DNA from: Anthoceros angustus
Lineage: Eukaryota > Plantae > Anthocerotophyta
NCBI GenBank assembly: GCA_010909165.1
Contig: VJWM01000106.1
Location: forward strand, 310,001-374,000
Length of the DNA: 64,000 bases
Direction of reading: 5' to 3'
Of the stretch, positions 26,147 to 37,224 are shown in pieces (positions within the stretch are counted from its first letter, which is position 1; each line of letters begins with the position of its first letter). The notes under the pieces are model-generated. The model did no database searches. It was not told the DNA's origin and worked only from the letters and a program-made list of their open reading frames with translations. The position numbers and the translations under genes were made by a program.

Positions 26147-26221
26147 AGCACCCGTGGGATTCGAACCCCCGATCGCAAGGCTAAGAGCCCTGCGCTCTAC
26201 CAACAACTGAGCTCGAGCTGC
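26147..26221 (-). pseudogene. tRNA-Lys(CTT) pseudogene or tRNA-derived element head
   Basis: Minus strand reads gcagctcgagctcagttgttggtagagcgcagggctcttagccttgcgatcgggggttcgaatcccacgggtgct. A box, CTT anticodon loop and B box are present, but the acceptor and T stems are mismatched and the D loop has an insertion. Confidence 0.75.
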
Positions 26222-27310
26222 ACACTGAAAAATCCGTTCCCCCTGGACGTTTACGACTTCAAGACGACGGATTTTTTTGGCGATGAGCTCCGAGACTGGT
26301 AAAAACACATACCTCGAAGCGTTTCTATGTTTTCAGCTTGCGTACAAGGTGACGAAGGGAAGGCCGGTGATCCGTGAATCGTGAAGCCTGGTACAAGACT
26401 GTGATTGGGCGAGTTGGGCCGTTTCACAATTAGCGGCTGCCAGGTTTCAATTCTAGATAGATCGGAGCCAGGAATCTGCCACCTCTATTAGGTCTCACTG
26501 CAATTCGTTGCCGATGATCCCTAAGTAACCTGACAAGTTTTGCTTTTGCTCGGCGCCTCTAGTACTAGTACAGTCGGTTTCGCATCCTGCTCCTTCTGGA
26601 GGTAAACGTCTCGCGGTTAAGCGCATGGCCCAGATTCCAGGCATCAGGTCGACTTCCTTCCCTTCTTCGTCTTGTGGGAGGCCTTGAATGCTGTCATCGT
26701 CTCACAGCGTCGCTTCCAGAGACCTTCATCTAACTCTCATGGAGCTCATGAGTCCCCCTTTCCTCCACGCACTCCTCTGGCCTGCTGTGGCAGTAGGGAG
26801 TCACTTGACATGTTTGGATACATAGATTGATCGATGTGCGTGCGTCTCCACAGTGCTTGCTGGTCTATTCGAGGCACTTGGCGCTGCCATTGGGCTTTGT
26901 AGCAGACACCGCACGAGAGGCGGAGAGAGAAAGGGGCAGACGGCTCTTGGAGCTGGGGAAGGCTCTTCCCGCTGCAAACCTGCTGTATATCTCTCCTTCT
27001 CTCCCTCTTCCCCCACTCTCTCGCATTGGCATGTCAATCTCTCCCTGGGCTCTGTTCCCCCACCCTCTCGCATTGGCATGCCCATCGGCGCATTGGCGCA
27101 TTCCTGTGCTCAAGCGGGGCCTGACTTCATTCTTGTACCTTCTTGTGTGACTAAAGTCTCGTTTCTTCTCTCATTGCTTGCTCCCTTCCTTGCGTCGTTG
27201 CTTTCTTCAAATCCTTCTCTTGTCTTGTCTTTGCGTGCCTGACAGAAAACTGTTGCAGTCAGTCGCTCCCAGTCTAGTCTAGCCCGTCGGCATTCCATGG
27301 TGTGAGGAGA

Positions 27311-27484
27311 ATGCCCCCGCGATCGGAAGAGCCCATGGCAGTGAAGTTGATGGAGGCTCCCGTTTCCTTGTCCGCCGGGCGCAAGGGGATGCACCCGCTT
27401 CTCATGCGGAGCTACGCTCCTCCCATTGCGTTCGAGGAGCACGTGCCCCGGATGCACCTGGGCTCTGAGTCGCAGCAGCAGCAT

Positions 27485-27540
<56 letters not shown>

Positions 27541-28792
27541 GCAGCAGAAGCAACAGCAGCAGCAGCACCAACAGCAACAGCAGCAGCAGCAGAAGCAAAA
27601 GCAGGAGCAGCAGAAGCAGCAGCAGCAGCAGCAGCAGCAGGCGTTGGAGCATGAGCAGCCGAAGGCGAGCTCGAGGAGGGATATGGCGGATGCGCAGCCG
27701 GATCAGCAGCAGGCGAGAGGCAGTGCCAGGCATTCGCAAGGGGATGTGACATTGCATGTCGGGGCCAGCAGGGCGGCGTACACCGTGAGCGTGGACACGC
27801 TCAGGAACGCCTCCTACTTCAGGCCCTTGTGCGACAGGCGAGCACAGGACGTGGTGGTGGATTGCGAGGAGGCTGTGTTCCAAAACGTGCTGCGCGTACT
27901 CAGATATAGGAGCTGGGAGGCTGTGCCGGCTATGCCGGATGCGGATATGTTCAGATTGAGGAAGGAGCTGGAATTCTACGGCGTGGAGGTGCCGGAGCCT
28001 CGCGCTGCGCCTGCACCGTCGTTGCCAGGAGCGGCTGCAGCCGCAGCCGCAGCCGGAGCAGGGAAGAGGAGCTCCAGGAACACCACGCCGTCCTCCAGCC
28101 CTAGCCATTCCGTCTCCTCCAGCTCCTCCTCCTCGCCCAACGCGAGCCCGCACAGGAACCACCATCGCTTCCCGTCCGCGGACCTGCCGGACCTGCCGCC
28201 CGAGCTCGCCGATCCCGCCAAGCTCGTGCTCATCACCAGGACGGACGACGACCCCAGAACCAAGTGCGAGCACTGCGCAAGGAGCAGCCTCGGCGGGGAG
28301 CAGGCTTCGGCGCGGACCTGCTGGGCTCTCAGCTTCCAGTTCCGCCACGCATTCTGCACCAGCTGCGGCCAGCCGCCATCGCCGGCCATGGCGCCCAAGT
28401 TCGTGGCAGAGATGTTCCTCACGGCAGCCACCTACTACACCGAGTGCGTACTGTCCAAGGGATGGTCTGTGGGAAGCAATTCCACATGCTCGCTCAAGTT
28501 CCTCAACGCCACTCCCTCCTGTCCCTGCAGCTTCTCTTGCAAACCTCCATCCTCAACCACATGGGCTGTGAGCAGCTTTCACTCCCATGCTTTCTGCACG
28601 CAGTGCAGCCACTCTGCGGATGGCATCACCTTGGTGTCGCTGCTGCTCACTCTGCGCTACGGAGCTCTGCACAGGACTCCCAAGGGAGGCAATGGCAGGA
28701 AGGAGCAGAATCTGGGAGAGATTTGCATCGATGCAACCCAGCAAGCAGGGAGATCCCTGCCTCACCTCAGATCTGCTAATCGATCCTTTTGA
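27311..28792 (+). CDS. Single-exon BTB/POZ (KCTD/T1-type) protein with polyQ tract and Cys/His-rich C-terminal domain
   Basis: VTLHVGASRAAYTVSVDTLRNASYFRPL...VVVDCEEAVFQNVLRVLRY...LRKELEFYGV is a T1-type BTB domain. First ATG in the ORF is at 27311. Confidence 0.85.
27473..27640 (+). repeat. CAG/CAA microsatellite encoding an interrupted polyQ tract of about 56 residues
   Basis: Read directly; it lies in frame within the BTB gene. Confidence 0.95.
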
Positions 28793-29325
28793 TGTGCTAC
28801 TGGTTGGTATTCCAATTTTGTCTTGTGCATACAGCAGAGCTTGCTTTGCCCTCCTCTTCTTTGCGCAGATCTTGGTCACTGCAACGGGAAAGTGTAAATC
28901 TTAGGAGCTCAGCAAATCAAACTGAACAGTGTACATAAATGGAGTCGGCAGTGACGCTTGTTTCGGCGTCTTTTCACTTCAGACCAGCCCTCAAGAGTCT
29001 TGCATAACAGAGATTCGGGGCCATGTACAATGATAAACACGTGTTTGTCTTCCCTACCGTCTAATGTGTATGTGTGACTGATTACAAGTCACCTATAGAC
29101 TAATATCGAAAGCATTTCAGAGAGCTGAATGTACATTGCTGCAATGCAGCTACGATAAACCCATCAATCGGGAAGGTCATCCACTGAAGGGTCCCAGGTA
29201 ACATGACCGGCACAGCCAGTGTCTTCCTTCACAGCCTGTAACTCGCCGGCGGCGTCATAAGACCTTCAGCTATGCAAGAATTGCGATTCGCAACTTTGAT
29301 GGCCCTTCCTCGGAATTTTAGCGGA

Positions 29326-32300
29326 TTAGTCGGACGTGAAATTTCCAGGCTTGTATATTTGATGCATGGAATCCTCAACCACCCTGCGATTCATTTTCAA
29401 CTCTCAACGGTTAACGGAAACAGTGACCAAGAGGAACCTAAGAGAGATGAATCCGAATAGTCCTTACTTGTGATAGCTCAGGGCGGAGTAGCTGTACAAA
29501 CTCGAGAATACCAGCAAATGAAGAGCAATGGAATAGAAGAAAATGAATGTCCTAGCATACCTGTGACAGGAATTAGCTGATACCGTAAGACACGACCATA
29601 ACCACACTTGAAGCAAAGCAGATTGTTGAAAGAAGTAAATGTCGTGTAAAAGCTGAGATCCTCGATATCCGCAAACAACCTCAAAACAGATGATTCAAAT
29701 AGGCCAAAAAAGTTACTTATTTCCAAGCAGAAAGCGTCCGCTTGTCAGCGTGATTTTGTCACTCAACCCCAGCTCCTTGTATCTCCGTTCTTTCTCCTGT
29801 TGACGGGTGCTCACAAGTTCAGATATGTGGCCTGTATAGAAACCCTTCCTCTAATGGGGAGAAAACAGATCATAACCACTACAGCAGGTAAACTTGGAGT
29901 CGAGCAGTGGAACAAGATTACCTTCTTTGAGAACTGAGTGAAGGGGTTGATGTCATCTTCATATATCTTCTTATACTTTGATTCCACATCGGATGCCAGT
30001 CCACCTTCTAAATCATCTCCCCTCTGCTTCAAATTATGTGGCGATCAACATGAAGACTAAGTATCTTGAAGTAACAGCCCAGTCGTTCTTAGGCACATGG
30101 GACACAGACCAGAGAACCATCACGAGGCATACTAACCTAATTCAAAAGCACGTGCTAAACTGATGGCTCACCTTCTTCAGGCCACGAATTTGAGGACGAT
30201 CCTGTGTGTAGTCTTGAACGTAACGCATTTTCTCATACAACTTGACATTATCTGCTTTGCTTGTCGCCAATTCTGCTGCTAGATTGCGGCATTTATCATT
30301 GACACTGCGTAATTCCTACACGAATCCAAATAGACAGTTTAGAATCAGCCTGTGTTGTGTGATGACCCGTCCCATATCAGAGTACTCACAGCAATCTAAC
30401 GTGTGGCCAGCAGGACAGGAAACTAACCTCCTCTGCGAGTCTCAGCCGCTGTCGGAATCTGTCACGCTGACTGCAAATAACCTCTAACATGGAGTTTTGG
30501 TCCTCATCCACGCCAGCAGGCTTGCCTGAGCCAGTCTGCTTCATGCAAACATTTACCACCAGCACCAGAGTTTAGGGCAATACAGATCCTGGACCCAGTG
30601 AAGCATGTTTCATGTCGCTAATCATCATGGTTTTTGTAAGTCATCTCATGTGCAAGCATACCTCAATGAGATCAGTTATCCCTGAATCCAGCATCTCCCA
30701 ATCATCAACTCTAGAGGGACGCTTTTCCGTTGAGCTGTAACCCTACAAAAACGCCAGACACTTCAACGGGCTGCAACGGTATGGGATAAAGTCTCAGAAA
30801 ACCATATGCGAACTTTCACACATGATGCCCTTCCAGATACAGGTGCATATACCTTCAGAATATCCTCCTCGAGTCTTGCTATCAACTTCTTCTGCTCCTC
30901 CACCTTGAGGTCAAGTTCCCTCACTAGAGCCTCGGCTGTCTCAGCGGCTGCAGACTTCTCTGACAGTTGCACCTATTCGATGCAAGCCATCATTGTGATA
31001 AGTGTGCACTTCCAAGATTTTACCCAGAGCAAAAGAAAAGCTGAGTAAATGACTCCTCAGGCAATTACACCTATCCAATGCAGGCCATCACTGTGCTTAG
31101 TGCAGTCACCAAGCCTTGAAGGTTCAACCTCGAACACCTTGAGAGCAAAAAACCAAGCTGACAAAAGCAAGAAAGTGTTCTGGCTAGCTCCCAGAAAAAA
31201 ACAGATACCTTCACTTTGGTGAGTTCATGCTCCATCTTCCGATTCTTATCAAGAAACAACGTTTCAAGTTTGCCCATGTCCTCCCCACGGTTGGCTGCAT
31301 CCCAATCTTCTGCTTCAACAGAATTGTAGCCCACAGCCTGCATGGGAACACGGTCAACCAAGGATGAGAAATTAGCTCACAACAATTCAGATGTCAATTT
31401 TTGGCTCAGCCTCAAGCACAACATTTCACCATCACCAGCATGTAGGGGCTACAATGGAAATGCACTGGTAGGAGCTGCAGAACTCAAGCAGGCTAGAGAC
31501 CGAACCTGCAAGATCTTGACCTGTTTCCGCAAATCATCAACCTGTTTGGATGTTGGACGGTCAACCAGCTCCTTTTGAAGGTCCGCTATCTCCACATCCT
31601 GTAACACCATGTCCTCTGATACTGACCATCCATACACATGTAATGCTCTGAATCTATTTGACTCGCTCCTAGCCTGTCTGTAACAATGTTTACTGTTACA
31701 ACAGAATCACATGGTCCGTACCTTCTCTCTGATGGCAGTGTTGAGCCTATTCAACTCAGCGAGATTTTGCTCCCGTTCTGCTGACAAGACAGCTTCTACA
31801 TTGCTTAGTTCCACATGCAGTTCCGATATGATTTTCTCCTTTGCAGTCAAGGATGCCTCCAGCCTACTGCTTGCCTCTGTGTCAAGCCTGGCATGGTCCA
31901 GAGCAAAAGCGTCACTACCTGAGTGCCCCTTTCCGTACAAATAGCATCCTCAGTGCCGTTACAAATCCACGTTCAAAGAACACATGTGCAATAGTGCCAT
32001 TCTGACCTTTCCCTCACATCAGTCTCTTGATTGTTGATAGCTTGCAGTTGAGCTCGAAGTTGATCCTACAGGATGGGATGTGACCAACTTGAAGGCCATG
32101 GTTTGATAGAGAGAAAAACTTCTGACCACCACCAAGAAGTGTCCTAAAGTACACATTTAGCATACCTTTTCTCTCTCCAGGCTCAGTGACCTCGCCTGGG
32201 CTCTGTCTAGTTCATCGGTTAACAGGGTTAATTCAGCCTGCTTTGCAGCACGTTCCTCCTCTGCAAATGACAACTGTCAGCTTAATTGAAAGCAAAACTG

Positions 32301-33532
32301 TCACCAGCAACGGGGTACTACAGAGTTCATGTCTTCAATGAAGGGACCACCTATTTCCATGGGGGCTGACCTGTTTGAGCACGCAATTCAAACAGCTGAC
32401 TTTGCCCGTAGTCATGCTGTTGTTGCATGTTCTGCACTGTCTCCTTTGCAGCCCTTAACTGTTCTTGTAGGGACCTCTCTCTGATGGAACACATTACAGT
32501 GCACATGCTTGAACCTTTACTATAACAAGAAAAAGAAACAGTAGACCTGACAACAAAATCCGTAGATACCTTTCTTTAAGGACCTCCAGACTCTTTTGAT
32601 TCTCCTCAAGCAAACTTCTCTGCTTCATCTCCACTGCTTCTTTGACCTTCTCCTCCATCTACAGTACAAAGAAAAAACAGGTCACCCGGAGTGCCAAAGG
32701 GAAGGAAACCTTTGTCTTGAATAAAGGTTTTGATCAGCTTTCAAATTGACCTGTTGCTCAAGCTGTCGATTCCGTTCTTCCAGTCTGCGAATAGTTGCCT
32801 GCTGATTTTTCAAATACGTAGACTCGGTCCTAAACTCCTCAAGCTCCTGTTTCATCTTCTTGTTATCTGCCTCCAGCTCTATAACCCTGGCAGATGTTTC
32901 CTGCAAACAGACTTTGAGTCTGGAGTTGTCACTCTCAACTCACTACTGACTCTTGAAACCCATTACCAGAGGCCGCTGCAAGCTAACGATACGAGTGAAC
33001 CACCAAAAGACACGTTGCTGGAGAAGTGCTTACTGGAGCTGCTTCGTGTTCTGGCTCTGGTTCTTCCTCAAAGATCTTCTGGTAGATATTAAGGAATGAA
33101 TTTTCTCCACCCTTCTTGGTCTCTGCATCATGCACCCTCGTACCCTGCGTGAGAGCACCTTCAAGCTACACCCTCTCTCAACAAAGTACTGATACGAATT
33201 CCTGCATTACCACGAGTCGCCTCCACAGGTTTGCGCCTGCCCCTCTGGCTACCCTCTTGATTCTCCCTGGCCCTCTGGCCATCAAGCTTCGCCTTCTCGT
33301 GTCCTGAATCCGACTCTGGAACAGCAGAGGCCTCATCAGCCACCCTGACTACCAGCACAACAATTAATTCGACACGCAGTACCCGCTGGTGTTACAGCAA
33401 TGTCCACACACCTGTCCAGTAATTAAGCACGGCCGAAATTGGAGACGGCGAATTGAAGGGAAGAGCTGCCTTTCCTTTCTCCTTCTCCTTCTCTTCAGAT
33501 TCAGCCCAGATGGCCCCCTCTATCCCCTCCAT
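29326..33532 (-). CDS. CASP: Golgin CASP (CUX1/CASP family), spliced
   Basis: LKNQQATIRRLEERNRQLEQQ, VDDLRKQVKILQAVGYNSVEAEDW, LDKNRKMEHELT, DNVKLYEKMRYVQDY, YEDDINPF, DKITLTSGRFLLGNKYARTFIFFYSIALHLLVF (TM segment); last exon ends in FTSD*. Confidence 0.92.
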
Positions 33533-34363
33533 GCTGACAGCCTGTCCAAAATCGAGAAATTCTGAACACAGAGAGCTTGAGGAGCTCCAACGCTCACCAG
33601 CAACAAGAAACGACCGATGCGAAAACACAGCAGAATTTGGGGATCTCGCACCTCGTTCGCACGGCTACAAAAGGGAGAACTCGGTCGCAACTACAGATCC
33701 ATCCGATCTCTGGTTCTGACGAGCTTGCACTGCTACACACTTGAAGCACGCGCAGAACGGACAAGCTTGACAAAAAATTACAGGGCCCCGATTTAACATA
33801 CAGTACCTAGCCTAGGGCTTTTCGCGTGACCGTGCAAAACGTGCCGGAACGGACCGGGGTAGCGTTTCAGCGTTCCGTTCGGCTGTTCCCGTCCCGTTTC
33901 AACAATATGCAGCCTCTGGTTGCCGGTGTGGCATTATCTGATACGAATCCTGAAGTTGCGGCTGAGATCACTGGACTTGAGAAATGTATGCGATTCCAGT
34001 GCTCACAAGCGCTGGCGCTCGGCATCCTCGATGCTGCAGTTCCGCTGCAGAAGCAGGAATGACGGAATTCGCTACCCAGGAAGGTGCGAAGAATTTGCTG
34101 CCTTCCTTCTGTGGCCGGAACTATGCGTCATGCTTGTCTTGTGGGCAGGAACAAATTCCCACTCTACAACAGAGCGGTGCTAACTCTGCTGACTTCACGT
34201 TTGCTGATGACGAATGCAGGTCCTAGCCTGTTCGAACGAGGAGGAATGGATGGGTGGTTGAGATGAAAGCACTGCCAGCTATCTGATGGTTTGCTGTAAA
34301 AATTAGTAGGAGGAATTTGCACTTGTTTTGGGTCCTTGGCGGATCTCGTCGAAGGCTGTAGTC

Positions 34364-35125
34364 ATGGAGAAGAAGAAACAGGATACCGTGGACAAGCTTG
34401 TGACCTTCCTTGCCAAGCGGGATGGGATAGACAAATGGGTAAAGACCATGCAGTACACTGGGAAGTTCCTACACTGGCGACTTGAACACACGAATCCGGC
34501 TCTGGCGGACCGCGCAAAGAAGCTTGAAGTTTCCAGTGGCCTGAGCAGGAAGGCTTTCCGGTACGGGAGGTTTTTGACTGGGTTTAACACTCTCAGGAGG
34601 TCCAAGAATGCGAACCTCACCTTCACAGTGCTGGCCATTCTGGCCAACGCGGGGGAGATGGTGTACTTCTTCTTCGACCACTTCCTCTGGCTGTCGAGGA
34701 ACGGTGTTTTGGATCCCCATCTTGCCAGGCGCTTCTCCTACATTTCGGCCTTCGGAGAGACCTTCGGCTATGTGTTTTTCATGGTCGGAGATTTGATACT
34801 GATCAAGCAGGGGAGGCAGTCAGAGAAGCGGCTGTCTCTGGAAGTTCAAGAGTTGCAGAGAAGCCTTGCATCAACCTCAGATGGCAAGGGCAATAGCGAT
34901 ATGGAAGTGGTTGAGCAATTGGTGCAGGAAAAGAAGGCTCAAATTTCGGGCATCCGGCGTAGCCGGAGCATGCAAGTGGCTGCCCTGGCAGCCAATCTGG
35001 CCGACCTGTTCATTGCTCTTGCAGATATAGAGCCAAATCCTTTCTGCAATCACGTTCTTACGCTTGTTCTTAGTGGATTGACATCAGCGTGGGCGGGCTG
35101 GTACCGCAACTGGCCTTCAGATTAA
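34364..35125 (+). CDS. PEX11A: Peroxisomal membrane protein PEX11A, intronless
   Basis: DKLVTFLAKRDGIDKWVK, SGLSRKAFRYGRFLTGFN, LANAGEMVYFFFDHFLWLSR, NPFCNH and AWAGWYRNWPS. The PEX11 assignment is firm; the subfamily letter is less so. Confidence 0.85.
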   Translation: MEKKKQDTVDKLVTFLAKRDGIDKWVKTMQYTGKFLHWRLEHTNPALADRAKKLEVSSGLSRKAFRYGRFLTGFNTLRRSKNANLTFTVLAILANAGEMVYFFFDHFLWLSRNGVLDPHLARRFSYISAFGETFGYVFFMVGDLILIKQGRQSEKRLSLEVQELQRSLASTSDGKGNSDMEVVEQLVQEKKAQISGIRRSRSMQVAALAANLADLFIALADIEPNPFCNHVLTLVLSGLTSAWAGWYRNWPSD

Positions 35126-35605
35126 ATGTGTCTCCAGGCTTACCCTGCTGCTGTCAGGCAGTAGGGTAGCCTGATGAGGGCATGCTATATCCTGAACTGT
35201 GGCTCCACCCTGTGAAGATGGTGGAACAATTTGTACAATGGGAACGCATTTGATTACCAGTACCGTGCCTAATGGTCGTGAGACGAGGTAAGGGCGGACT
35301 CGTTCGCCTGGTCTGAGCGTCGTTCTACAGTTCCACTGTCATGCTATCTGGAAGCAATGCGTTTTCAGCAACCGCGAAGTCACCCATTCCAGGTCCAGAG
35401 CGAGGATGAGGAAATGACAGCACATCACATGACGTGGCTTGCAAGTTGAGCATCTGCAGGTTGTTCAAATGGCCATAGATCGGTACTCGGGATGGGCCCC
35501 TCATGGAGGACCTGGTGCAAGTAGACACACCACTGTGGTGCAAGTTACAGAAGTACCAAGTCCCGTGGCGGAATGCCACCCTTATTAGTATGCCTTCGAC
35601 ATAAA

Positions 35606-35770
35606 TCTTCTTCTTCTTCTCTTTCATGGGCAATGCATTCATTCTGGTTTCCCTCTTCTTCTTCTTCTCTTTCATGGGCAATGCATTCATTCTGGTTTCC
35701 CTCTTCTTCTTCTTCTCTTTCATGGGCCATTCATTCTGGTTTTCCTCTTCTTCTTCTTCTCTTTCGTGGG
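35606..35770. repeat. 48-bp minisatellite, about 3.3 copies
   Basis: Unit (ctt)4ctctttcatgggcaatgcattcattctggtttccct; the first two copies are nearly identical. Confidence 0.9.
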
Positions 35771-37224
35771 GCAGAGCTTGCCTGCAGCGTGTAACAAAAT
35801 CCTCCTATACTTGGGGCCCTCAGTTCAGCCATCCCAGTGACCTTGGTTTGCTTAACAAGGCCGGTGGGTCCAGTCAATGCCAGACTGCGAGACTACCTAC
35901 TTGATTTGACTGCAGAGACATGGTTCGCGCCTGTTTGACTGGCCATGGTTTGGAGTCACCGGACTCCTTGGCAGCTTTGGGGCAAGGGAAACGGAAAGGG
36001 AACCGCTGATTTACTCAGCTTCTGCAACCTGGCTCCCTGCGTGTGGAGATGGAATCTCCCACGATGAGATAATAACACGTAGATTGAAGTCAAGTATGAT
36101 TGAAGTCACCTCACGGCTTGCTTCCGGCGAAGTTTCCTCCTCCGCCCAGGCCAAACCTGCCAAAACTACAGTGGGAAAGTGGGAAATGAGGGAAAGGCAC
36201 ATTGGACGATACAGCTCTTCCTCATCTCCTGGCATAAGCAATACAGTCAAACGACAGTGTGACGAAAATGCGGCACCAAGAAAGCGTGCTGTCAAGCTGA
36301 CAAGGTGGAGGTGAAGACAAAGGCACCCGGCAGTGAAGAAGACAAAGACGCACCCGGACAGCGTAGCCGGGACGTAAACAAGTTGCTTACCCGACGACCG
36401 CAGCAAGTCACGATTCACGAGGCGCTGGGCGCTTGCTAAACACAAGCTTGGGCTGTGTAATCAGGTGTCCGTGTGCCTTGATGTGAGGAACCGGCCCTCA
36501 TGGTTTTTAAAATCTTGAGACGCGCAGCCATCAAAAGGGGCCCCCAGCAGGCATGAGGAGCTGAGCCCACCCATGAGCCCCGCCGGCTGTGGCCGCTCCC
36601 TGCTGCTGCGCATTTGGCTCCCGCCTTGAGTGAGTGCCTGCCTGCTGGATCTTGATCAAGTGCTGGATATGTTCTGCGTGCAATGGGACTGACGGGCTGT
36701 GAGCTCACCTGAACAGGGCGTGCGGTGCGGTGGCTTGCTCCGAGCTCGCAGCTCGCTCCGCTGGTGGATTGATGGGTGCGGGGGAGGGAGTTTTGTTGGG
36801 ACCTCAGCTGGAGGATTGTGGAGCGTTTCCCTCTCTCCGTCTCCATTTGGTTTTGGGCGGGCTGGAGTTATGTGATCCCAGGAATTGGGCCTTGGGATTC
36901 GAACTCCTCGGGGCATTCTGTGCTTAGGGGCTGGGGAGCACGGGAGGGCTGGTTATTTGATTCCGGTTGAGAGGGCCGGTATTGGGTCTGGCATGGTCTG
37001 CTTGCCGGCGCCTCGAGGGAAGCAGATGAGATTGGGTGACTGGAACGAGGACTTGCACGATCCCGGACAGTGGAGGACTCGTGATTGCTGCTCTAGGCCC
37101 GCTGATGCCTGCCGATGTGGTGGTCTCGGTGGGGAGTGTAGGGTGTGGGAGGTTGTAGATTGGGTTTGGGAGATCGGGATTTGTGGATCACTTGAGAAGG
37201 TGGTGCACTAGTTGTTCGATTCCC

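Noticed and set aside
27110-28348. 412-aa poly-Leu ORF on the minus strand
   Set aside because: Antisense shadow of the CAG-rich BTB gene.
35325-35723. ORF with repeated MKEKKKKRETRMNALP
   Set aside because: Translation of the 48-bp minisatellite; no other coding evidence.
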